In this document: positions 51,087 through 59,771 of the stretch, piece after piece
Layout: each line of letters begins with the position of its first letter
Position numbering within the stretch: position 1 is the stretch's first letter
Origin: Polyangiaceae bacterium
GTDB taxonomy: Bacteria > Myxococcota_A > Polyangia > Polyangiales > Polyangiaceae
Reading direction: 5' to 3'
DNA: 64,000 bases
Assembly: GCA_044376115.1 (NCBI GenBank)
Contig: JBILLK010000009.1
Coordinates: 290,578 to 354,577, forward strand
Position numbers and translations under genes: made by a program
The notes under the pieces: generated by a model
What the model was told of the DNA's origin: nothing
The model's input: the letters and a program-made list of their open reading frames with translations, nothing else
Database searches by the model: none

Positions 51087-52649
51087 ATGTTGTTCAACGC
51101 GCGCGCGCAGCTGCTTGGCGCCATCACCTTCAGCTTGCTGAGTCAGAGCTGCATCCTCTTGTACCAAGGGGACGGGAGCGGAGCTGGCGGGCAGGGCGGC
51201 GCCGGTGGGCTGGGCGGCGGTGGGCTGGGCGGTGGGGCCATCAACGCAGGCGGAGCTGGCGGTGCTGGGGGAGGGGAGGCGGGCAGTGGCGGTGCTGGCG
51301 GTGCCCCGCTGTGCAGCGACGGCGCCTTTCCGCTGGTGGACGTTGGGTTCTTCGCGCCGGGCGGGGATCCGCTGTTGGCCACGCTGCAGTCGCTGGCGCC
51401 CGGCGATGGCGACAGCGTGATTGCGGCGGGCTTCTCCGGAAACGGCTTCACTCCCTGCATCGGCGACTTTGTACCGCCCGACGCCTTCTTTCTATTGCGG
51501 CTCGACGAGAGCGGCGGACTTGGTGAACCTGTCGTTCTCGATTTCGCCGGGGCGGGTGGACCCCCGGTGATCTCGTTGGCTCGCGACGACGGCGGGTTGT
51601 TGCTGGCGATGTCGAGGCCCAACGGGCTGAAGGTGCAGCGGCTCGCGCCGGAGCTTTCGCTGGGTAGCGAGCTGCTCACGTGCCAGCCAGCCTCCACCAA
51701 CCCGATGGCCAGGATCACCCAGGGGCGGGTGGTCGCCAATGGGCCTCAGCTGGTGGTGGCTGCGCAGCTCGACGCTGACGCTCTCTACGAATGTACAGGC
51801 GCTGGGCTCAGTGACCTGCGCTGCATCCTACAGCCGATGGCAGCTGCGCAGGCCGGCTCCAGTCGCACGCTGTTGTGGTCGCCTACGATGCCGCCGGGGA
51901 CCGACGCGTGTGATCGTCTGACGTTGATTGATCCGGTGGGAGGGGAGCTTTCCTTTGGTAGCCCGCGCATCGCGCTTGGGGCTGCGCCGGATGCCGGCGC
52001 GACCGAGGTGCTGCTGACAGCGCGGGCTGGCGGGAGCGTGGAGGTCCATCAGGTCGCGAGGCTAATGCTTGAGGCCGGCGTGTTTTCGGTGCCGATGCGC
52101 GACGACGTTGGCGAATCGCTCGGCCTGCTGCTGCCCGCGGTGCTGCGTGGTTCCGCCGCGGGCGAGAAGGGCGTGCTCGGCGGTGTGGTTCGAGCAGTGC
52201 CGAGCGTTGACCCCCCAACCCCAGCCGTCTCGGTGCGCTTCGCCGACAACCTGAATCCCATTTCGCTCAATGCGGGCGGTCCGCTGGTGGCGGCCCCAGC
52301 CTCCCCGACCAAAACCCAGATCGTCGCGATGGACGCCGACTCGATGCAGTTCCTGGTGGTGGCTCAGGTCGACGAAGCGGGTGCGGACGCGTTTGGGAGT
52401 CCCGGCGCCCCGTGTGCAGGACCCGGCTTGTGTGGCTTATGGCGCACGCTCGATAGCTCGCTCACAGGGGGCGACTTCACGCTCACGACAGCGGGCGTTT
52501 ACCCCAGCGCCGGCATCTTGATCGGCCCGCAGGAGGCTCGCAACGTTGTCTGGGCGGGCCAATTCGAGGAGGGCTTCAGCGTCGATGCGGCCAGCCTCGC
52601 GAAGCCCGTGAACGGGCCGCATACGTTTATTGCGCGGCAAAAGCTCTGA
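51087..52649 (+). CDS. Hypothetical lipoprotein (paralog of 53705..55231)
   Basis: SLLSQSCILLY lipobox, Gly-rich linker, beta-rich body. Confidence 0.75.
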   Translation: MLFNARAQLLGAITFSLLSQSCILLYQGDGSGAGGQGGAGGLGGGGLGGGAINAGGAGGAGGGEAGSGGAGGAPLCSDGAFPLVDVGFFAPGGDPLLATLQSLAPGDGDSVIAAGFSGNGFTPCIGDFVPPDAFFLLRLDESGGLGEPVVLDFAGAGGPPVISLARDDGGLLLAMSRPNGLKVQRLAPELSLGSELLTCQPASTNPMARITQGRVVANGPQLVVAAQLDADALYECTGAGLSDLRCILQPMAAAQAGSSRTLLWSPTMPPGTDACDRLTLIDPVGGELSFGSPRIALGAAPDAGATEVLLTARAGGSVEVHQVARLMLEAGVFSVPMRDDVGESLGLLLPAVLRGSAAGEKGVLGGVVRAVPSVDPPTPAVSVRFADNLNPISLNAGGPLVAAPASPTKTQIVAMDADSMQFLVVAQVDEAGADAFGSPGAPCAGPGLCGLWRTLDSSLTGGDFTLTTAGVYPSAGILIGPQEARNVVWAGQFEEGFSVDAASLAKPVNGPHTFIARQKL

Positions 52650-52653
52650 GGGC

Positions 52654-52926
52654 TCAGCGGTCGGTGCGCGGCGGGGTGACGGGTTTCTTCTTTTGCGGAC
52701 GGCCGAGCTCGTCGTCCAGTTCGCGGAAGGCGCGCTCGATGCGGGCCTCTTCTTCGGCGCTGCGGGCGCTCTGACCGAGCTTGCGTAGGGCCAGGCCGAG
52801 GCCGGCGCTGAGTAGCACGAAGCTGACCAGCGCGCCGATGCGGCCGGCGTGCAGACGTTGCGAGAAGGTGGTGTCGTCGGTGGCGGGTGCGGCGAGCAGC
52901 AGGGCCGCGAGCAGGAGCGCCTTCAT
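52654..52926 (-). CDS. Small membrane protein
   Basis: Signal peptide plus one TM helix; ATGA overlap with the upstream gene. Confidence 0.6.
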   Translation of the reverse strand: MKALLLAALLLAAPATDDTTFSQRLHAGRIGALVSFVLLSAGLGLALRKLGQSARSAEEEARIERAFRELDDELGRPQKKKPVTPPRTDR

Positions 52927-53582
52927 CGCGAGTGGGCGCTGTTGCTGCTGTTGCTGCTACTGGTTTTGACGAGACCGTCGACGCCTTCACGGAACATGGT
53001 CGGGTCCGGCAGGATGGGCGAGGCGAGCGCGATCAGCTGCAACATGGCGGCTCCTTGCAACACCACCATCAGCGAGGGCACGGCGATGCGCACCGCCGCG
53101 TTGTGAAGGCCCGGCGCTTTGAGCGCGAGTCGGATGAACACGAGCACGCCGACCGCCAGCGAGGCGATGGCGGTGGCATCGGCCAGCAGCGGGCCGGCAA
53201 AGCGGCTGGAGTGGTAGTAGAGCGCGACGATCGGCACCAGCGTGCCGAGCAGCAGCGCGCCGGCCAAGAGGCCGCGGGCGTGCGCGAGCACGAGATCGGT
53301 GACGCTGGTCTCTTCACCGAGCAGCTTCCACGCGACCACGCCGAGCGGGGCCGCAGTCAGCGCCGAGAGCAGCAAGACCAGCGGGACCTTGACCAGGTTG
53401 CCCACCGCCAGCGCCGGCACGCAACTGCCGGCGGCCGCACCCCACAGCGCCGAGAAGCCGAGCGCCGCGAGCGTGGCGAAGGTCGCCAGCTGCAACTTGG
53501 CTGGTTTGGTCAGCCGGCTGAAATCCGAGCGCGGCCGAATCAGATCGAAGAGCGTCGAGGCGGAGAGCGTGCTGTTCTGCAT
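52923..53582 (-). CDS. Hypothetical integral membrane protein (about 5 TM)
   Basis: Several hydrophobic helices (VKVPLVLLLSALTAAPL, PIVALYY). Confidence 0.72.
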   Translation of the reverse strand: MQNSTLSASTLFDLIRPRSDFSRLTKPAKLQLATFATLAALGFSALWGAAAGSCVPALAVGNLVKVPLVLLLSALTAAPLGVVAWKLLGEETSVTDLVLAHARGLLAGALLLGTLVPIVALYYHSSRFAGPLLADATAIASLAVGVLVFIRLALKAPGLHNAAVRIAVPSLMVVLQGAAMLQLIALASPILPDPTMFREGVDGLVKTSSSNSSNSAHSR

Positions 53583-53626
53583 GCAAACAGCCTGAGGCGG
53601 GCTGTTCAACCCGGCGCCAACCGGGC

Positions 53627-53664
53627 TTGAAAGGTTGGCGCAAAGGATGTGAAAACGGTGTGAC
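53627..53664 (-). promoter_or_regulatory. OmpR-family direct-repeat site resembling the cre tag (TTCAC-N6-TTCAC)
   Basis: Minus strand GTCAC-ACCGTT-TTCAC, with TTCAA 22 nt further downstream, upstream of the gene starting at 53582. Confidence 0.5.
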
Positions 53665-53704
53665 GAGAGAGCCGGAGGAGCGGCGTTCCGCAGGTCGAGG
53701 CGCG

Positions 53705-55231
53705 TCAGGGCGCAGACGTCAGCGGCGCTTGTCGTGCGATGAACGCGCTTCTTGCTCCAGGGGCCGGGTTCAGCTGAGCGCCGCCGGGGAGGCTGAACGG
53801 TGCGTCATAGCTGCCTGCCCATACGACGTCCGGTTCTCCATCCTGGTTGGCCACAAGCAGACCTGCGCTGGGGAAGACGCCGGGCGACGGCGGCTGGTGG
53901 CCAACGCGCGTGAGCTTGGTATCGAAGAGGCTCCACATTCCGCACGGGCCCGGGCCGCATAGGCTGTTGGGCGGTCCAAAGATGGCGGCGCCGCTTTGGT
54001 CCACCTGGGCCACCGCGAGCACGTGGTTTTCTGTGCTGTGCAAGGCTGTGATGCGCGAGTTGGTTCCGCCGTCCGGGGCGTCGAGCAGGGCCCAGTCCGT
54101 GTTGTCCGTGATGGGGGCGAAGTCAGCGGCGCGTCGGATGAAGGCGGCGTCCAGGGCCGGGTTGTCGTTCAGCCCCACCACCCCAGCGAGGACGGCGTTG
54201 CCCGTTGTAGGCACGGTGGGCAACACCAACCCAGCCTGAGGTCCGAGAGGGGTATGCGTCCATTCGCCGAAGTATCCGTCGAGCGTGGTCTCAGCCATCA
54301 TCTGGTCGCTGCCGCCGGTCCCCTTGCGGTGCATCATCAGCATCACTTCGGTCATTGGGGCAGGCGGGCCGAGCGCCAGGCGAGGCGCTGCGTAGTCCGA
54401 CCCGTTGGGGGCCTCCAAGAACTGGAGCTGGTCGCAGTTCACGTCTCCGTTGGGGGACCAAAGCATGAGTCCTGGTGCCGTTGGCACGACGGGACAATGC
54501 TGCTGCTGGACGTAACAGTCGTACTGCACGTTGGCCTGCACCTGCGCCACGACCGCAACCTGCTCGCCGTTGGACACCACGCGGCCCTGAAGGATCTGCG
54601 GCGGAGTTTGACCTCCTGCAGGCTTCACCCCGGTGCAAGTAAGCAGCGCCTGGCCTGGCAGGAGCTGCCCGTCGTTGTCCTTGTCCAAGCTCTGCACCGA
54701 GAGCTTCTCTCCGCGGGAGGTCGCGAGCAGCAACCCGTTGGGGCCGCGCGCCAAGCTGATCACCGGCTGCTCGCCGCTCGTGATCGACAGCCCAATGGGT
54801 TGCGCGATCGCGCCTGAGGCATCGAGCTGCAGGTAGAAGAAGGTGTCTTCGGGGACCTCACATCCTCCGCTGGTGGTGAAGCCCGTTCCGGAGAAGCCCG
54901 CTGCCACGACGCCGCCGTCCGGCCCGGGCGCGAGGGCTTGCATGGTCGCAACCTCAGGGTTGCTGCTGGGGGCGAATCGACCAACGTCCAGCAGCGGAAA
55001 GGCGCTCCCCGGGGCTCCGCATGCAAACGCACCGCCTCCAGTACCGCCGCCGGCTCCACCGGTGGTGGTAGCCGTCGACTGTACGCCGCTGCCGCCCTGT
55101 CCGCCGTTGCCGCCCTGCGCGCTGCCGCCCTGCGCGCCCTCTCCGTCGTAGAGCAGGATGCAGCTCTGCGTGAGCAGGCTGCAGGCGATGGCGTGGAGCA
55201 AAGACGCGCGCGGACCGTGAAGCAAGCTCAT
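53705..55231 (-). CDS. Hypothetical lipoprotein (paralog of 51087..52649)
   Basis: SLLTQSCILLY lipobox; shares FPL.DVG.FAP, AAGFSG, PVISLAR, QGRVV.NG, VAQVD, PSAG, FIARQ. Confidence 0.75.
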   Translation of the reverse strand: MSLLHGPRASLLHAIACSLLTQSCILLYDGEGAQGGSAQGGNGGQGGSGVQSTATTTGGAGGGTGGGAFACGAPGSAFPLLDVGRFAPSSNPEVATMQALAPGPDGGVVAAGFSGTGFTTSGGCEVPEDTFFYLQLDASGAIAQPIGLSITSGEQPVISLARGPNGLLLATSRGEKLSVQSLDKDNDGQLLPGQALLTCTGVKPAGGQTPPQILQGRVVSNGEQVAVVAQVQANVQYDCYVQQQHCPVVPTAPGLMLWSPNGDVNCDQLQFLEAPNGSDYAAPRLALGPPAPMTEVMLMMHRKGTGGSDQMMAETTLDGYFGEWTHTPLGPQAGLVLPTVPTTGNAVLAGVVGLNDNPALDAAFIRRAADFAPITDNTDWALLDAPDGGTNSRITALHSTENHVLAVAQVDQSGAAIFGPPNSLCGPGPCGMWSLFDTKLTRVGHQPPSPGVFPSAGLLVANQDGEPDVVWAGSYDAPFSLPGGAQLNPAPGARSAFIARQAPLTSAP

Positions 55232-55240
55232 GGCGGCAGG

Positions 55241-56716
55241 CTACTCGCTTGCGCTTGCGTCCAACAGGGTGCGCTTGCCGCTCTGCGGCAAGCGCACGAC
55301 GAAGCGGGCGCCTCGGCCGGGAGGGCTGTGCACGGTGACCGAGCCGGCGTGGGCCTCGGCGATGGCCTTGACCAAGGCCAAGCCGAGGCCGGTGCCGCGC
55401 TCGCGGCCGCGAGTGAAGAAGCGCTCGAACACGCGCTCGAGATCGGCCTCGGCGATGCCCGGTCCGCTGTCTTCGACGCTCAGTTCGGCAAAGCCTGCGC
55501 GGGCGTGAAGTCGGACGCTGACGTGGGCGGCTTCGCCTTCGCGCGGCTGCGCGAAGGCGAAGGCGTTCTCGAGCAGGTTGCGTACGACAGCGTCGAGGCC
55601 GTGCGGTACTGCGGCCAGCTCGACGTTGGGCTCGAGCGATAGCGCGAGCTCAACCTCCGGCTGCTTCTCGGCGCAGCTGTCGGCGATGCGCTGGGTCAGC
55701 GCGCTGAGATCCACCCGCTCGCGTTGGTCGGCGACGAGGCCGGCTTCGGCGCGCGCGAGCTCGAGGAACTGCGTGACCACCGCGTCGAGTTTGCCGCCGG
55801 CGTCGCGCAGCGCGCGCGCCAGCCGCTGCGCGCGGGCTGCATCGAGCGGGCCGTTCGCGAGCGTATCGGCGGCGGCGCGTACGGTGGAGAGCGGGCTCTT
55901 CAGCTCGTGCACCAGATCGGCGGTGAAGGTCTGGTTCTTACTCTGACGGTCTTGCAGCCGAGCGAGCAATTCATTGAAGGCCAACGCAAGATCCTGCACT
56001 TCGGCGTCGCCCACTTGATCGAGCCGCGCAACGGCTTGGGGGTCGTGCGCACGTGCGCGGGCCTGCGCGCCGAGCGCGCGGATCGGTTTGACGATGCCGC
56101 GCCCCAAGAGCCACGCCACCGCCACCGCGAACGGCACGAGGCCGAGCATCAGCCGCAACATTTGGTAGCGCAAATCGTAGAGCGCCCGCACCGCGCGTCG
56201 TGAACTCTGCGCGGCGATCACCACGCTGCCATCGGTGCGCTGGGCTGCCGCGTAGCAGATCAGCAGCTTGCCGCCTGGAGCGGTGCGACACTCACTCCTG
56301 GCCGTGAGCGTGCTGGTCTGCGCAAATTCTTCTCGCTCTAGCAGAGGTCCAAAACTCGCATCCACCTCGCTCAACGCAGGCGCGCCGTCCGGCCCGAAGA
56401 ACAGCGTCCCGAGTTGATGCAGCGCATCGGTACCGCGATCAAAATCGCTGTCGGCGAGCAGATCGCCGTTTGGCGAGACCACGCGCAACCAGACCTGATG
56501 CTCACGAGCGCGCTCGCTCGCTTGCGCTTGTAGCAGCGCTGCATCGGGCGGCGTCGCTAGGGCTTCCGCCAGCGCCGCCTCCTCGAGGTTCTCCCGCATG
56601 TCGGAGACGAGCGTGCTCTCGCGCAGCCCCGCGCCGGCTACCACCACCAGCGGCGCGAACACCACCGCCAGCGCGACCGCGATCACCCGCAGCCGCAAAC
56701 TCAGCCGTCGCGCCAT
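55241..56716 (-). CDS. HAMP-domain sensor histidine kinase (CreC/ChvG-like)
   Basis: Two TM, HAMP, VHELKSPL, NLLENA, DSGPGI, FERFF, GTGLGL. Confidence 0.92.
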   Translation of the reverse strand: MARRLSLRLRVIAVALAVVFAPLVVVAGAGLRESTLVSDMRENLEEAALAEALATPPDAALLQAQASERAREHQVWLRVVSPNGDLLADSDFDRGTDALHQLGTLFFGPDGAPALSEVDASFGPLLEREEFAQTSTLTARSECRTAPGGKLLICYAAAQRTDGSVVIAAQSSRRAVRALYDLRYQMLRLMLGLVPFAVAVAWLLGRGIVKPIRALGAQARARAHDPQAVARLDQVGDAEVQDLALAFNELLARLQDRQSKNQTFTADLVHELKSPLSTVRAAADTLANGPLDAARAQRLARALRDAGGKLDAVVTQFLELARAEAGLVADQRERVDLSALTQRIADSCAEKQPEVELALSLEPNVELAAVPHGLDAVVRNLLENAFAFAQPREGEAAHVSVRLHARAGFAELSVEDSGPGIAEADLERVFERFFTRGRERGTGLGLALVKAIAEAHAGSVTVHSPPGRGARFVVRLPQSGKRTLLDASASE

Positions 56717-57390
56717 CGATAGCCGGCTCCGACCACGGTCTCGAGACGATCGAAGCGCTCGTCGATCGCCTCCAACTTGCGCCGCAGACGGCCGACGTAG
56801 GTATCGACGATGCGCGCCGCAACCACCGAATCATCGCCGCGGACGATCTCGAGCAGGCGGTCGCGCGAGAGCACGAGGCCGGGACGCTTGGCCAACGCCT
56901 CGAGCAAGCGGAACTCGGTCAGCGTGACTTTGAGCGGCGTTTGCCGATAACGGACTTCCAGCCGATCCGGAAGTAGCTCGAGCTCCCCGCGTTTGACGGC
57001 CTGCTCGACCTCGCTCTGGCCGCGGCGTTGTTCACGCCGCATCAGCACCTGCGCGCGCGCCAGAAGGACGCGGGTGCTGAATGGTTTGGAGAGGTAGTCG
57101 TCGGCGCCCAGCTCGAGGCCGAGCGCCTCGTCGATCTCGTCGCCGCGCGAGGTGAGGAGCAGCAAAGGGACGAAGTTCTGTTCGCCGCGCAACTTGCGAC
57201 AGAGCGCGAAGCCGTCGAGCCGCGGCATGTTGACGTCGGAGACCACGAGGTGGGGCGTTTGCTCGACGATGGTTTTGTAGCCGGTCTGGCCGTCGCTCGC
57301 GGTGAGCACGGTGAAGCCGGCGTCCTCGAAGGCGAGTGCGACAAGGTCGAGCAGAGAGGCGTCGTCGTCGATCAGCAGGACTTTGAACAT
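56701..57390 (-). CDS. OmpR-family response regulator (CreB/ChvI-like)
   Basis: MFKVLLIDDD, SDVNMP, GLELGADDYLSKPF, TLTEFRLL, LRRKL, ETVVGAGY; start trimmed from ORF 56701..58077. Confidence 0.93.
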   Translation of the reverse strand: MFKVLLIDDDASLLDLVALAFEDAGFTVLTASDGQTGYKTIVEQTPHLVVSDVNMPRLDGFALCRKLRGEQNFVPLLLLTSRGDEIDEALGLELGADDYLSKPFSTRVLLARAQVLMRREQRRGQSEVEQAVKRGELELLPDRLEVRYRQTPLKVTLTEFRLLEALAKRPGLVLSRDRLLEIVRGDDSVVAARIVDTYVGRLRRKLEAIDERFDRLETVVGAGYRWRDG

Positions 57391-57614
57391 GGTGGTCGGG
57401 CGCGCTGCATCGTTGCATGGGAAGTAGGGGCACTCAAACGAGAGAGCGTCAAAGAGGTTGGAGCAGAAGGTGCATTCGGGGAGGAGGGCTCTTGCGCTAG
57501 ACGGTCGCGCCGTGAAGCAGCTGTGATGGGTTTGCTCGCCTGTGATTCGGGTTCGAGCGGTGCAGGCGGTGAGGGTGCAGGCGCTGCGAACGCGCAGGGC
57601 GGTGCTGCGAACAC

Positions 57615-57916
57615 GGGTGCGACATTGGGCGGGTGGGCAGCAGGCGCTTTTCGCAGCCGGAGCGACATTGGGGCGGGTGGGCAGCAGGCGCTTTTCGCAG
57701 CCGGAGCGACATTGGGCGGGGAGATGGTTTATCGCACGCCCCGATGTCACTTGCGCGCGTTCGGTACGCCGCGATGGCCACGAATAGGCCTCGCTTCTTC
57801 GAGGGAATCGCTCGTGGGCTGTAGCCCTCGGCGGGGCGCCCCTCGCTGTCGCGGTGGTTCGGAGCGACATTGGGCGGGGGGATGGTTTATCGCACGCCCC
57901 AATGTCACTTGCGCGT
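57615..57916. repeat. GCGACATTGGG-headed repeats: about 43-bp units and two hairpin units
   Basis: GCGACATTGGG at 57619, 57662, 57706, 57864; the last two continue GATGGTTTATCGCACGCCCC(G/A)ATGTCAC. Confidence 0.85.
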
Positions 57917-57974
57917 GGGTGTGCGGCCTGGGTCTCGCGGTTCGAGTGGGTCCGCGGTTGCTGGAGCGACCCGC

Positions 57975-58347
57975 TGTCCCATAACGCTGGGTCGTCCGGA
58001 ACGACGAGGGGATATGGGACGCTCTGGCGCCGCGGGCCCGCGGGTCCTGGGACGTGCCCGACGGGGATTGCGCGCAATTAGCGGCTTTTGTTCGTTGTGC
58101 CGGTGGGTCGGCGGCTGGTGGGCTGCGGGTCTTGTCCCATAACGCTGGGTCGCCCGGAACGACGACGGGATATGGGACGCGCTCTGGCGCCGCGGGCCCG
58201 TGGGTTCTGAACGTGGCCGGCGCAGATTGCGCGCAATTAGCGGCTTTTGTTCGTTGTGCCGGTGGGTCGGCGGCTGGTGGGCTGCGGGTCTTGTCCCATA
58301 ACGCTGGGTCGCCCGGAACGACGACGGGATATGGGACGCGCTCTGGC
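57975..58347. repeat. About 158-bp tandem repeat built on a GTCCCATA...TATGGGAC hairpin (3 hairpins)
   Basis: TGTCCCATAACGCTGGGTCG.CCGGAACGACGA.GGGATATGGGAC at 57975, 58133, 58292; linkers share GATTGCGCGCAATTAGCGG. Confidence 0.9.
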
Positions 58348-58466
58348 CGGTGGGGCGGCCGGGTAGGCCGGAGGGCGGGCGTTGGGTCCGGCTTTTTTTG
58401 CCGTGCGCCCTTTCGACGGCCACCACGCTCTAAAGCAGCGTCAGATTTGTGACGCTTTCTCCCGGT

Positions 58467-59768
58467 ATGCAAAGACCGCTTGGTGCCGTGGTTGCTTCGG
58501 TTTTTGCGCTGCTGGGGAGTGGCTGTGAGTTTTCCCTATGTGTGGATGAGCTCGCGGGGACCGATGTGGTCGCGACCGATCAAGAGCGGATCATCGGTGG
58601 GGTGGTGGATGAGGTGAATGCCTCGACCTTGGCGTTGTTCCTGACCACCGAGGAAGGGAACCGCGCTTTGTGTTCGGCCTCGGCGATACGGCGGCGCGGC
58701 AAGGTTGTGTACGCGCTGACGGCGGCGCATTGCGCGCAGGGCACGGTGGATGACGTGATCTCGCGGGTCGATCTGGACGCCTGTTTGAGCGATTCCACCT
58801 CTCCGCAATGTTCGCTGCGTTACCAGCCGATCGATTGGTTCAATCACCCCGACTACAACGACAGCACGCTGTTTCACGATGTCGCGGTGGTGCGCTTTCG
58901 GTTGAGCGACGGCGTACCGCCGCCACCGCTGGTGCCTGCGGCGTTGAGCGCCGATGGTCTCGTGGCGGGGGATGAACTCGAGCTCTCCGGCTTCGGCCAG
59001 ATCGAGGCGGGCCCCTCCGGCAGCGTGCCCTTTCAGACCAAGCGTCATCACGTGTTCGTGCCGGTGGAGACGGTGTTCACGAGCACCTTGCGGGTGAACG
59101 CAACCGCGGGCGAAACGGCTTGTTTTGGTGATTCGGGTGGGCCGGCGTACGCGTGGATCGGTGGTGTGCGCAAGGTGGTCGGCGTGGCCTCGTCGGCGGA
59201 CTTCGAATGCAAGTTGTTCTCGAACTATGCGCGCACCAGCGCTGAGGCGAGCTTCATCAGCTCGGTGCTCGAGGCGCCCTGCGCCGAATGCGAGCCGGAC
59301 GCTGGAGCCGGTGGCGGCAATGAAGGCGGCGGGCCAGGCGCAGGCGGCGCGAGTGAAGGCGGCGGGCCGGGCGCAGGTGGCGCAAGCGAAGGTGGCTCGG
59401 CGCAAGGCGGTGCGCCCGGCGAAGGCGCCGGATCAGCGCAGGGTGGCGCGAGCGAGGGCGCTGGGTCATCGCAAGGCGGAGCAGCCTCAGCAGTCGGCGG
59501 GTCGGGCGAAGGGGAAGGGGCAGCGCAAGGCGGCGCAGCGCAAGGTGCTGCTTCGGGCGCAGGAGCGGAGGACGTCGCTGCAGGCGGAGGCAACAGTGAA
59601 GCGTCGGGCTCGAACGGCGCCACGGACCCGTGCACGCCGGTGACGCTCTCTTGCGACCTCGCGACGATGGGCTCGCGCGACCGCACTGCTCTGGGCTGGG
59701 CGGCGCTGATCGTCGCGCTGATGCTCATCTTGCGAGGTAAATCGCAAGGCCGCTTCGACGATGGTTGA
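58467..59768 (+). CDS. Trypsin-like (S1) serine protease with Gly-rich stalk and C-terminal membrane anchor
   Basis: IIGG, LTAAHC, HDVAVV, CFGDSGGP; GSGC lipobox; MYXO-CTERM-like tail. Confidence 0.9.
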   Translation: MQRPLGAVVASVFALLGSGCEFSLCVDELAGTDVVATDQERIIGGVVDEVNASTLALFLTTEEGNRALCSASAIRRRGKVVYALTAAHCAQGTVDDVISRVDLDACLSDSTSPQCSLRYQPIDWFNHPDYNDSTLFHDVAVVRFRLSDGVPPPPLVPAALSADGLVAGDELELSGFGQIEAGPSGSVPFQTKRHHVFVPVETVFTSTLRVNATAGETACFGDSGGPAYAWIGGVRKVVGVASSADFECKLFSNYARTSAEASFISSVLEAPCAECEPDAGAGGGNEGGGPGAGGASEGGGPGAGGASEGGSAQGGAPGEGAGSAQGGASEGAGSSQGGAASAVGGSGEGEGAAQGGAAQGAASGAGAEDVAAGGGNSEASGSNGATDPCTPVTLSCDLATMGSRDRTALGWAALIVALMLILRGKSQGRFDDG

Positions 59769-59771
59769 ACG

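Noticed and set aside
57391..58077. N-terminal extension of the response regulator
   Set aside because: The open frame runs through non-coding repeats; the REC domain begins at ATG 57390.
57975..58347. CRISPR array
   Set aside because: The inter-repeat segments are about 110 bp and nearly identical to each other, and no cas genes are present.
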